From: Gammaproteobacteria bacterium
GTDB lineage: Bacteria; Pseudomonadota; Gammaproteobacteria; S144-34
NCBI GenBank assembly: GCA_026989495.1
Contig: JALSJE010000067.1
Location: 282-64,281, forward strand
Direction of reading: 5' to 3'
DNA length: 64,000 nucleotides
Made by a program: the position numbers and the translations under genes. The notes beneath the pieces were generated by a model. The model was not told the origin of the DNA, did not search any database, and was given only the letters and a program-made list of their open reading frames with translations. Positions 46,847-56,058 of the stretch are shown in pieces. Every line of letters begins with the position of its first letter. The first letter of the stretch is position 1.

Positions 46847-46942
46847 CGCCCGCCTGCCTCGCGCCGGCCTCGCACGGTGCCGGCGCATCCCCTATGATGG
46901 CCGACCGCACCCGCGGCCTGCGGCGCTGACGAGGATCTCGGC

Positions 46943-48526
46943 ATGGAAGAGGCGATGCGCATCCAGGAAAAGCTGGTGGCGGCGCTCGGCGATCCCGCGC
47001 GCTACCACCACCCGGTGGACCAGGTCGAGATTATAGAGACGCACATCTCCCACGTCCTGCTGGCTGGCGACTACGCCTACAAGATCAAGAAGCCCCTCGA
47101 CCTGGGCTTCCTCGACTTCGGCACCCTCGAGAAGCGCCGGCGCTGCTGCGAGGAGGAGCTGCGCCTCAACCGCCGCCTGGCGCCGGACTGGTACCTCGAG
47201 GTGGTGCCCATCACGGGCACGCCAGAGGACCCGGCCCTGGGCGGGACGGGCGATGCCATCGAGTACGCCGTGCGCATGCGCCGCTTCCCGCAGGAGAGCC
47301 TGCTCGACCACCTGCTCGCCGAGGGCCGTGTGGATGCCGCTCTCGTGGACCGCATCGCGCGCACCGCGGCGGCCTTCCATGCCCGCGTGGCCACGGCAGG
47401 CCCGGACACGCCCTTCGGCGAGCCCGAGCGGGTCCACTTCCCGGTGCGACAGAACTTCGACCAGATCGCGCCCCTGCTGGAGACCGACGCCGAGCGCGCC
47501 CGGCTCGAGCGCCTGCGCGCCTGGGCCGAGGCGGCCTACGCGCGCCTCGAGCCCGTGCTCGCCGCGCGCAAGCGCGAGGGCTACGTGCGCGAGTGCCACG
47601 GCGACATGCACCTCGGCAACATGGCGCTGGTGGACGGCGAGCTCGTGATCTTCGACTGCATCGAGTTCAACGAGAACCTGCGCTGGATCGACGTCATGAG
47701 CGAGGCGGCCTTCTTCGTCATGGACATGGAGGCACGCGCCCATCCGGCGCTGGCCGCCCGCTTCCTCGATACCTACCTCACCCACACCGGCGACTATGCC
47801 GGCGTGGCCGTGCTGCGCTACTACCAGGCCTACCGCGCCCTGGTGCGCGCCAAGGTGGCGCGCATCCGCCTCGCCCAGCCCGGCCTGGACCCGGCGGAGG
47901 CCGATGACGCCCGCGCCCAGTACGTCGCCTACGTGGCGCTCGCCGAGCGCTACGCCGCCCCGCCCCGCCCCGCCCTGCTGCTCACGGCCGGGGTGGCCGG
48001 CGCCGGCAAGACCACCGGCAGCGAGGCGCTGCTGCATGCGCAGGATGCGATCCGTGTCCGCTCCGACGTGGAGCGCAAGCGCCTGTATGGCCTCCCGCCG
48101 GAGGCCCGCACCGGCTCCGCCACGGACCAGGGCATCTACACGCCCGAGGCCCACCGGCGCACCTACGCGCGGCTGCTGGAGCTCGCCGGGGAGGTGCTGG
48201 ACGCGGGGCTGCCCGTGGTGGTGGACGCCACCTTCCTCCTGCCCGAGCACCGCGCCCCCTTCCGCGAGCTCGCCCGCCGCAGGGGCATCCCCTTCGCCAT
48301 CCTCGCCTTCGAGGCGCCGGAGGCGGCGCTCGCGGCGCGGATCGAGATGCGCCTGCGCGCCGGCGCCGACCCCTCCGAGGCCGACGTGGAGGTGATGCGT
48401 CGCCAGCTGGAGCGCTGGCGTCCGCCCGCCGACGACGAGGCCGACCTCGTGCTGCGCTTCGGCCCGGGGGACGGCCCCGAGCAGGTGGCGGCCGCCGTGC
48501 GCGCCTGGCTGGGATCCGGGGCCTGA
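46943..48526 (+). CDS. bifunctional aminoglycoside-phosphotransferase-like / AAA kinase protein
   Basis: ETHIS, YKIKKP, ECHGDMHLGN, FDCIEFN; P-loop GVAGAGKT; RSDVERKRL. Confidence 0.9.
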   Translation: MEEAMRIQEKLVAALGDPARYHHPVDQVEIIETHISHVLLAGDYAYKIKKPLDLGFLDFGTLEKRRRCCEEELRLNRRLAPDWYLEVVPITGTPEDPALGGTGDAIEYAVRMRRFPQESLLDHLLAEGRVDAALVDRIARTAAAFHARVATAGPDTPFGEPERVHFPVRQNFDQIAPLLETDAERARLERLRAWAEAAYARLEPVLAARKREGYVRECHGDMHLGNMALVDGELVIFDCIEFNENLRWIDVMSEAAFFVMDMEARAHPALAARFLDTYLTHTGDYAGVAVLRYYQAYRALVRAKVARIRLAQPGLDPAEADDARAQYVAYVALAERYAAPPRPALLLTAGVAGAGKTTGSEALLHAQDAIRVRSDVERKRLYGLPPEARTGSATDQGIYTPEAHRRTYARLLELAGEVLDAGLPVVVDATFLLPEHRAPFRELARRRGIPFAILAFEAPEAALAARIEMRLRAGADPSEADVEVMRRQLERWRPPADDEADLVLRFGPGDGPEQVAAAVRAWLGSGA

Positions 48527-48647
48527 GCCCCTCCCTCGGAACGCGGCGGCGTCACGCCCGGGGCGAGGCCCGATCCCCGAAGGACACCCGCGGAAAGGCG
48601 GCGGGGGACCTATACTCCAGGAAGGGGGGCGGGACGGAGGACGCGAC

Positions 48648-49154
48648 ATGGCGGGCAGGCTGCGCTGGGGGCTGATGGCGCTGCTCGCGGCGGCCTGCGC
48701 CGCAGGCGCCGGCGAGCGGGTGCAGACGCCCTACACGCCGCAGAAGGTGGTCTTCGATTTCTACTTCGACGACCCGCGCAAGATCGGCCCCGCCCTCTAC
48801 TGGATACGCTCCCTCATGAACCCGCTGCTGGCCGAGCCCTACGGCTACGCGCCGGAGGCGCTCGACATCAAGGTGGTGCTGCACGGGCAGGAGCTCGTCA
48901 CCCTCGCCCGGCGGAACTACGCGCGCTACCGTGACGCGGTCGAGCGCATGCGCTACTACGCCTCGCTCGGGGTCGAGTTCCGGGTCTGCGGCCTTTCGCT
49001 GGACGACTACGGCTACCGCCCCGAGGATCTGCAGGACTTCGTGCTGGTGGTCCCCTCGGCCATAACCGAGCTCGCCCACTGGCAGCTCCAGGGCTACGCC
49101 CTGATCCGCCCCCGCATCCTGGAGAAGCGCCTCTCCATCGAGGAGATCCGATGA
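48648..49154 (+). CDS. exported DsrE-family protein
   Basis: Signal peptide; KVVFD..IKVVLHG..VEFRVCG..VPSAITEL..QGYALI. Confidence 0.8.
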   Translation: MAGRLRWGLMALLAAACAAGAGERVQTPYTPQKVVFDFYFDDPRKIGPALYWIRSLMNPLLAEPYGYAPEALDIKVVLHGQELVTLARRNYARYRDAVERMRYYASLGVEFRVCGLSLDDYGYRPEDLQDFVLVVPSAITELAHWQLQGYALIRPRILEKRLSIEEIR

Positions 49155-49906
49155 CCACCGCGGCGATCCGGGTCGGCACCTCGGGCTGGCACTACCCGCA
49201 TTGGCGCGGGCCCTTCTATCCGCGCGACCTCCCCCCGGAACGCTGGCTCGCGTGGTACGCCGAACGCTTCCCCGCCGTGGAGATCAACAACAGCTTCTAC
49301 CGCACGCCGGACACCGCGACCTGCGCCGCCTGGGCCGCCGCGGTGCCGCGCGGCTTCCGTTTCGCGGTCAAGGCCAACCGGGTCATCACCCACCGCAAGA
49401 AGCTCAAGGATGCCGGCCCCATCGTGGCGGGCTTCCTCGAGCGCATCGCCCCCCTGGGCCGGCGCCTGGGACCGATCCTGTTCCAGCTCCCGCCGCGCTG
49501 GCGCTGCAACCTGGACCGCCTGGCGGGCTTCCTCGAGGTCCTGCCCCCCGGCCTGCCCTGCGCCTTCGAGTTCCGCGACCCCGACTGGCACCGCGACGCC
49601 GTCTACCGGCTGCTGGAGCGTCACGGCGCCGGCTTCTGCATCTTCGACCTCGCGGGCCTGCGCGCGCCGCTCGCGGTGACCTCGCCCCTGGTGTACCTGC
49701 GGCTGCACGGGCCCGACGGGCCCTACGCGGGCAGCTACGCCGTGACCACGCTGCGCGCCTGGGCGCGCCGCGCGAGCGCCTGGGCGCGCGAGGGCCACGA
49801 GGTGTGGATCTTCTTCGACAACGACGAGCGCGGTCATGCACCGCGCAACGCGGCCACCCTCAAGCGCCTCCTTGCCGACGGCCCCGGACGGCGCGCGGCC
49901 GGCTGA
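49151..49906 (+). CDS. DUF72 family protein
   Basis: VGTSGW..VEINNSFY..LFQLPP..YLRLHG..FFDND. Confidence 0.92.
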   Translation: MTTAAIRVGTSGWHYPHWRGPFYPRDLPPERWLAWYAERFPAVEINNSFYRTPDTATCAAWAAAVPRGFRFAVKANRVITHRKKLKDAGPIVAGFLERIAPLGRRLGPILFQLPPRWRCNLDRLAGFLEVLPPGLPCAFEFRDPDWHRDAVYRLLERHGAGFCIFDLAGLRAPLAVTSPLVYLRLHGPDGPYAGSYAVTTLRAWARRASAWAREGHEVWIFFDNDERGHAPRNAATLKRLLADGPGRRAAG

Positions 49907-49910
49907 ACGC

Positions 49911-51278
49911 TCAGCGCGCTAGCGCCGCCTCCAGCGCCGTCACCACCTCGGCGAAGCGCTCCAGGTCCACGTCCCGGATCGGCGCCTCGGGGAAGCGGCG
50001 GTCGGCATAGAGCAGCCCCACGGTGCCGCCGCGCCCCCGCACCGCGGCCGCGAGGAACACCGGCACCTGGACGAGCTCGCGCACGGCTTCCGGCACCTCG
50101 CTCCAGCGCTCGGCGTCTTCCTTGCACACCCGCAGGCAGCCGCCCTCCTCCACGAGGCGGCTGAACAGGTGCCCGCCCCACAGGGGCAGCTCGAAGCGGT
50201 TGAATGCCGGGCTGTGCTCGGTGCCCCGGAAGCGGTGCGCGCGCAGCGCCTCGCCGTGGCGCACTAGCCGCGCGAAGACCACGCGGTTCAGCCCCAGCCC
50301 GTCATGCAGGGCATCCAGCGCGAGCTCCACGGCCGCGTCCAGGGGCGTGGCACCGGCCTCCCCCAGGGCCGCCAGCGCCTGCCGGAAGAGGTCGGGACGC
50401 GGCGCGAGCAGATAGGGCACCGCCGGTCCCCGCGGCTCCGCGGCCTCGGGCACCGCGAGCCCGGCCTCGGCCAGAGTCTCTTGCGCGCGCGCCTCCAGCT
50501 CCGCCACGGGAAGCTCGATCCACGCCGCCGCCTCCGCCAGGGCCTGTCGGGCCGCCCGGGATCCCCATCCCCGCTCCAGCGCCCGGGCGAGCTCCACGGC
50601 CAGCATCACCCCGTAGGGGCGCGGCTGGAGCGCGTTGGCGGGCTCCAGCGCCTGGAGCGCCAGCGGGGGCAGGCTCCAAAGGTACGCAAGCAGCGAGCTG
50701 AGGCGGACGAGCGCGCACCCCAGGGCCAGGTACTCCGCATCCTCGGACGCGATCCCGTCCGCCATCATGGCCTCCACCTGCACCATCCCCTCCGGCTCCC
50801 AGGCCCATGCGGCGAGCTCGCCCGCGAAGGCGGCGAGCGCCGCGGCATAGACCTCGTCCGGGAGCTGGTCGCCACGCCAGCCCGCCCAGTCGCGGGCCAG
50901 CACCCCGGCGCGCCGCGCCCTGGCGGCGGCGCGCCGGTAGCCCGCCAGGGCCTCCCCCGTCAGCGCCTCCTCGTCCACCGGCAGCGCCCGGGCCATGGGG
51001 AAGATGCGCGCCGTGCCCAGCATGAGAGCCGCATGACGGATGGTCCCCACCTCGTTGTCGAGGTGCAGGTGCTCCACGCTGTTGGCGCTGCTGAGAAGGT
51101 GCAGGGTCAGGGCCGGGTCGCGCTCGACCACCTCGGCGATCTCGTCCGGGTCGGCGTCCGCCAGGCCTCCGGCCTCCATGGCGCGGAGGGCCTCCCGCAC
51201 CACGCGGCCCACGGGCAGGCGCGCGGCGTCGGCCCGCTGCGCCCAGCGCTCCATCCCTCTGTGCATGGCCTCGACCAT
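49911..51278 (-). CDS. HDOD domain protein with C-terminal GAF-like domain
   Basis: ERDPALTLHLLSSANS..AALMLG; C-terminal GLNRVVFA..VGLLYADR. Confidence 0.82.
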   Translation of the reverse strand: MVEAMHRGMERWAQRADAARLPVGRVVREALRAMEAGGLADADPDEIAEVVERDPALTLHLLSSANSVEHLHLDNEVGTIRHAALMLGTARIFPMARALPVDEEALTGEALAGYRRAAARARRAGVLARDWAGWRGDQLPDEVYAAALAAFAGELAAWAWEPEGMVQVEAMMADGIASEDAEYLALGCALVRLSSLLAYLWSLPPLALQALEPANALQPRPYGVMLAVELARALERGWGSRAARQALAEAAAWIELPVAELEARAQETLAEAGLAVPEAAEPRGPAVPYLLAPRPDLFRQALAALGEAGATPLDAAVELALDALHDGLGLNRVVFARLVRHGEALRAHRFRGTEHSPAFNRFELPLWGGHLFSRLVEEGGCLRVCKEDAERWSEVPEAVRELVQVPVFLAAAVRGRGGTVGLLYADRRFPEAPIRDVDLERFAEVVTALEAALAR

Positions 51279-51365
51279 GGTGCGGGTGCCTCACCCGGGT
51301 TTCGGCCGCCGGCGGCCACTCTTTAGGCCTGCGCGCCTCTCAGGCCGCGCCCGGGCCGCTCGCGC

Positions 51366-51393
51366 TCAAGTTCGGACCGCCGGACGCCGATAA
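51366..51393 (+). promoter_or_regulatory. sigma28 (FliA) promoter of motAB
   Basis: TCAAG-N15-GCCGATAA, ~45 bp upstream of motA. Confidence 0.8.
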
Positions 51394-51437
51394 GCGGTCG
51401 CGAGCCCCATCCGTAGAGAGAAGGACGGCATCCACCC

Positions 51438-52301
51438 ATGAACCTGATCCTGGGCATCCTGATCGTGATCGGATCGGTCGCCGGGGGATATGTCCTGTCC
51501 CACGGCAACCTGGCAGCCCTGTGGCAGCCATACGAGCTGCTCGTCATCGGCGGAGCGGCCTTCGGGGCCTTCATCATCGCCAATCCCATGAAGGTGGTGA
51601 TGCGGGTGATCAAGAGCTGGCCGATCCTCATGAAGGGCTCGAAGTACGACAAGAAGGCCTACATGGACCTCCTGTCGCTGCTCTACGACCTCTTCGCCAA
51701 GGCCCGCAAGGAGGGCCTGATGGCGATCGAGAACGACGTGGAGGAGCCCGAGAACAGCGAGATCTTCAAGAAGTACCCGCGCATCCTCAAGGACCATCAT
51801 GCCGTCGAGTTCATCACGGACTATCTGCGCCTCATGGTGGGCGGCAACATGAACCCCTTCGAGCTCGAGAACCTCATGGACGTGGAGATCGAGACACACC
51901 ACCAGGAGGCCGAGCTGCCCGCCTCGGCCATCAACAAGGTGGCCGAGGCCCTGCCCGGGTTCGGTATCGTCGCCGCCGTGCTCGGAATCACCATCACCAT
52001 GGCCTCGATCGGCGGCCCCATCGAGCAGATCGGCGCCCACGTGGCCGCCGCCCTGGTCGGCACCTTCCTCGGCATCCTGCTCGCCTACGGCTTCGTGGGC
52101 CCGATGGGGCAGGCGCTCGAGCACGTCGTGCGCGAGGAGGGCAAGTTCTTCGAGGTCATCAAGGTGTGCCTGCTCGCCACCGTCAACGGCTACAGCCCGC
52201 AGGTGGCGGTGGAGTTCGGACGCAAGGCCATGTACCCGGGCATGCGCCCGAGCTTCCGCGAGCTCGAGGAGCACATCAAGCAGAAGAAGGCCGGCGGTTG
52301 A
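51438..52301 (+). CDS. motA: flagellar stator MotA
   Basis: LWQPYELLVIGGA, ALPGFGIVAAVLG, AALVGTFLGILLAYG, AVEFGRK. Confidence 0.96.
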   Translation: MNLILGILIVIGSVAGGYVLSHGNLAALWQPYELLVIGGAAFGAFIIANPMKVVMRVIKSWPILMKGSKYDKKAYMDLLSLLYDLFAKARKEGLMAIENDVEEPENSEIFKKYPRILKDHHAVEFITDYLRLMVGGNMNPFELENLMDVEIETHHQEAELPASAINKVAEALPGFGIVAAVLGITITMASIGGPIEQIGAHVAAALVGTFLGILLAYGFVGPMGQALEHVVREEGKFFEVIKVCLLATVNGYSPQVAVEFGRKAMYPGMRPSFRELEEHIKQKKAGG

Positions 52302-52322
52302 GGCGAGGCCGGGGCACGGGCG

Positions 52323-53294
52323 ATGGCCGACGACAAGAAGCACACGATCGTCGTCAAGAAGGTCAAGAAGGGCGGACACGGCCACCACGGCGGCGCCTGG
52401 AAGGTGGCGCTCGCCGATTTCGTCACGGCGATGATGGCCTTCTTCCTCCTCATGTGGCTGCTCGAGGCCACCACCGAGGAGCAGCTCGGCGCCATCTCGG
52501 CGTATTTCCGCAACCCGAGCGCGGTGCAGGGCTCGAGCGCCACGCCCTCAACCAGCCCCAGCATCCAGGGCCCGGGCGGCGCGAGCGACAGCATGATCGA
52601 CTTCGGCGGCACCATGGACGTGCCCAAGGGGCGCGACGGCGAGCCCTGGAAACAGGGCTCGCCCGACGAGCTCGAGCGGCTCGCGCGCGAGCTGGAGCGC
52701 AAGCGCCTGGAGGAGCTCATGGCCCAGCTGAAGGCCGCCCTGGAGCGCAGCCAGGCGCTCAAGCCCTTCAAGGACCAGCTCCTGCTGGACATCACCCCGG
52801 AGGGGCTGCGCATCCAGATCGTGGACAAGGAAAACCGTCCCATGTTCGATCTGGGCTCGGCCCAGCTCAAGGGCTATACGGTCGCCATACTCCACGAGCT
52901 CGCCAAGTTCATCAACGAGGTCCCCAACCGCATCAGCATCAGCGGCCACACCGACGCGCGTCCCTATGTCAATCGCGACGACTACAGCAACTGGGAGCTC
53001 TCCACCGACCGCGCCAACGCAGCCCGCCGCGAGCTCATCCGCGGCGGCATGGACCCCAAGAAGGTCGGCCGCATCGTCGGCTTCGCCTCGACGGTGCTCT
53101 TCGACAAGCAGGACCCCTACAACCCCATCAACCGGCGCATCAGCATCATCGTCATGACCAAGGCCACGGAGGAGGCCATGCGGGGCATGGAGTCGGCCCA
53201 CCCGCCCGTGCCGACGGACGGCAAGCCCACGGGTCAGGCGGAGGCGCAACCCGCGGGCGCCGCACATGCCGAAGGAGGGAGCCGCCAGCCGTGA
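52323..53294 (+). CDS. motB: flagellar stator MotB
   Basis: GGAWKVALADFVTAMMAFFLLMWL; OmpA-like GHTD..NWELSTDRAN..NRRISI. Confidence 0.96.
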   Translation: MADDKKHTIVVKKVKKGGHGHHGGAWKVALADFVTAMMAFFLLMWLLEATTEEQLGAISAYFRNPSAVQGSSATPSTSPSIQGPGGASDSMIDFGGTMDVPKGRDGEPWKQGSPDELERLARELERKRLEELMAQLKAALERSQALKPFKDQLLLDITPEGLRIQIVDKENRPMFDLGSAQLKGYTVAILHELAKFINEVPNRISISGHTDARPYVNRDDYSNWELSTDRANAARRELIRGGMDPKKVGRIVGFASTVLFDKQDPYNPINRRISIIVMTKATEEAMRGMESAHPPVPTDGKPTGQAEAQPAGAAHAEGGSRQP

Positions 53295-53379
53295 GCCGGC
53301 GCTCGCGCCGGGGAGGCCGGGAGCCTCAGCCGCCGGCCGGGGCCGCTGCGCAGCGGCCCCGCAGCATGCCCAGGCGCGC

Positions 53380-53920
53380 GCGGGCCCTTGGGACCTGACC
53401 ACAGCAGCGGCGCACCGAGGTAGAGCCCCGACAAGAAGACCAGGTAGCTGTACCTGGTGAGCACACCGATCCCGGCCAGCAGCCCCAGGGCGAGATAGCC
53501 ACCCATGCCGGGACGTTCCAGCAGCTGCAGGGCGGTGAGCGCGAGCCGCCCGTCGCCCAGCAGGCGCAGCGCGATGCGGTGGAGCGCGAACGCCGTGAGG
53601 AAGAGCGGCGCGTAGCGGAGCAGGAGGTGCGCGGCCAGGCCCGGCCCCAGGAGCGCGTACTGCCCCGCCAGCAGCCAGGTGTAGAGCGGCGGCTGGCGGA
53701 AGCCGTGGCTCCAGTCGATCGACTGGGTGAAGATGGCCTGTTCGACGCCGTCCGGCCCGAGCACTGGCGGGCCGGCGATGCGGATGGCCGCGTGCGCGGC
53801 CAGCCACAGCAACAGGAGGAGAAGAAAACGCCGCTCGCTCACCTGCCGGCCATCCGCAAGGCGCCTCAGGATTGCCGCCGCTGCCCCGCCTGTCGCCCCG
53901 GATCGGTAGAATGTCGCCAT
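53380..53920 (-). pseudogene. truncated/internally deleted GT-C (ArnT/Rgt-like) glycosyltransferase
   Basis: DGVEQAI..QPPLYTWL..GLLAGIGVLTRYSY; only ~170 coherent aa of a normally much longer multi-TM protein. Confidence 0.65.
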
Positions 53921-54521
53921 GCGCGCCGGTCAGATCGCCTTTGCCTGCCTCGCGCTCGCCCTGGCATCCGCCACCCGGGCCGGAGGGCTGGCCTTGCGCA
54001 CCGGCACCGATCCGGAGACCGGCCTGCGCTGGTGGCGATGGCAGGCGGGCGGGGTCTCGGTCTACCTCGCCCAGCGTCTGCCGGACCAGACACGCGCCTT
54101 CTTCCTCGCGCGCGGCTTCGACCGGGCCAGCGTGGACCGCATCGCGGCCGCCTGCGTGCTCCAGCTCGAGATCCGCAACCTGGGCGATGCCGTCGTGGAG
54201 GCCGACCTGCGCCGGTGGCGCACGCAGGATCCGGACGGCACGCGCCGCCCCCTGCTGCTGCGCGAGCACTGGGAGCAGGTCTGGCAGCGGCTCGGCCTGC
54301 CGCGGGCGCAGCGCATTGCCTTCCGCTGGGCGCTCTTTCCGAGCCGCGTGCGCTACGGGTCCGGCGACTACAACTGGGGCATGATCCTGCTCGGGCGCCC
54401 GCCCGGCGCACGCGTGGACCTGGCGGTGCGCCTCGCCGTCGGTGGACGTCCGGTGGCGGCGGTGCTCCCCGGCATCGAGTGCGCCCCGGACGTGGCGCGG
54501 CTGCGCCCCGAACCCCCTTGA
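53919..54521 (+). CDS. secreted hypothetical protein
   Basis: Signal peptide; QRLPDQTRAFFLARGF; upstream of tlpA. Confidence 0.75.
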   Translation: MRAGQIAFACLALALASATRAGGLALRTGTDPETGLRWWRWQAGGVSVYLAQRLPDQTRAFFLARGFDRASVDRIAAACVLQLEIRNLGDAVVEADLRRWRTQDPDGTRRPLLLREHWEQVWQRLGLPRAQRIAFRWALFPSRVRYGSGDYNWGMILLGRPPGARVDLAVRLAVGGRPVAAVLPGIECAPDVARLRPEPP

Positions 54522-54552
54522 GCAGGCCCTGAACTCGTACAGAGGCGACACA

Positions 54553-55200
54553 ATGGAGGAGCCCCGCATGCGCCGTCGCAAGCTGCACACGATCGCCGCG
54601 CCATGCCTCGCCCTTTCCCTGTGGGCCCCGCCCGGCGGCGGCGCCGAGCCCGCCCTCACCAAAGGCCTGACGGCCGTGCATCCCCCGGTCCCGGCGCCGG
54701 ACTTCACGCTGAAGGACATGGACGGCAAGGCCCACCGGCTCGCCGGTTGGCGCGGCAAGGCCGTGATCCTGAATTTCTGGGCCACCTGGTGCCCGCCCTG
54801 CCGCAAGGAGATGCCATCCATGGAGCGCGCCTGGCGCAAGCTGCGGGAGGAGAAGGCGCCGGTGGTGCTGGTAGCGGTCAACGTGGGCGAGGACGCCGAC
54901 ACCATCTTCGGCTTCACCGCGCAAATGGATCTGAGCTTCCCTATCCTGCTCGACGAGCGCTCCGAGGTGGCCGACCGCTACCGCCAGCTCACGGGCATCG
55001 GGACCATGGCCTTGCCCACCACCTTCGTGATCGATCCCGAGGGACGCGTCGTGTACCGGGCCGTAGGCGGGCGCGAGTGGGACGACCCCGCCCTGCTCGC
55101 GCGTGTGCGCGCCCTGGTGCCCCCTGGCGCAGGCGACACGGCGCCGGCGCCCGGCGCGCCGACCGTCGAGCCCGCTCCCGCGTCACGCCGCCCCGGCTGA
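54553..55200 (+). CDS. TlpA-family thiol-disulfide oxidoreductase
   Basis: APDFTL, LNFWATWCPPCRKEMP, LPTTFVID. Confidence 0.92.
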   Translation: MEEPRMRRRKLHTIAAPCLALSLWAPPGGGAEPALTKGLTAVHPPVPAPDFTLKDMDGKAHRLAGWRGKAVILNFWATWCPPCRKEMPSMERAWRKLREEKAPVVLVAVNVGEDADTIFGFTAQMDLSFPILLDERSEVADRYRQLTGIGTMALPTTFVIDPEGRVVYRAVGGREWDDPALLARVRALVPPGAGDTAPAPGAPTVEPAPASRRPG

Positions 55201-55225
55201 TGCGTGCGCCTCCCGTGATGGAAAA

Positions 55226-55359
55226 GGAAACGCTGATCAATCCGCTGCTCGGATCGATCAGCGCGATAGTGCTTCGCGGTCCATTCTGATTTTCCTTGAG
55301 TCGTCATGCACTTCCCTGTGCATGGACCGTCCCGCGGCCGTCCCTGGCCGCGGGGAAGG
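55226..55359 (-). mobile_element. MITE copy 4 (inverted, left ~30 bp missing)
   Basis: Starts GGAAACGCTGATC on the plus strand (the right TIR); four of five hairpins retained. Confidence 0.8.
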
Positions 55360-56050
55360 CGATCGACGCCGGAGGCGGGCCCCGCGGGCCGGCACCGTCC
55401 AAGGCCCAGGCCGCCCCTCGCGCACGCTGCACGACGCTTGCCAGCGTCCTGGGCGCCCTCCTCGCGCTGCTCGCCTACGCCTTCGCCTTCCAGGGCAGCC
55501 GCGGGTTGTGTGAGCCGGACGAGGGGCACTACACGGAGGTGGCGCTGGAGATGCTGCGTCTGGGCGACACGCTCGTGCCGATGCTCAACCACGAGCACCC
55601 CACCACACCAAGCCGCCGCTCACCTGCTGGGCCTTGGCCACGGCCCTCACCCTCGGCGGGCCCAGCGAGTGGGGCCGCGCGCGCACCCAATGTCCTCGCC
55701 TTCGCCGCCACCGTCCTGCTGCTCGCCCTCCTGGGCCGCCGCCAGCGATGACGTCGAGATCGTCTTCGTGGACGACGAGGCGCGCTACGGCCTCGCGTTC
55801 TACCTGGGGCGCGAGGTCGAGCGCGTGTGCCTCGAGGCGAGCTGCCGCTCGCGCACGCGTTTCGGCGGGGACGAGCTGCTGGCGGTGGAGCTGCGGCACG
55901 ATCCCGTGCCGCAGATCTACCTCTACCGGCCCAGGCTGCGGAAGGCCCTGCAGGCGGAGCTGGCGCGCGCGGGCTTTGCGCTCGAGCCTCTGGGGCACGT
56001 CGGGCGGTGGGAGGCGGCGCTCTCGCGCCGCGGCGCGAGAGCGCCTCCGG
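55360..56050 (+). pseudogene. ArnT-like glycosyltransferase remnant with frameshifts and a large deletion
   Basis: GSRGLCEPDEGHYTEVALEM..VPMLNHEHP / HTKPPLTCW / PNVLAF lie in different frames, followed by a C-terminal fragment YGLAFYLGREV. Confidence 0.7.
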
Positions 56051-56058
56051 CTGGCCGC

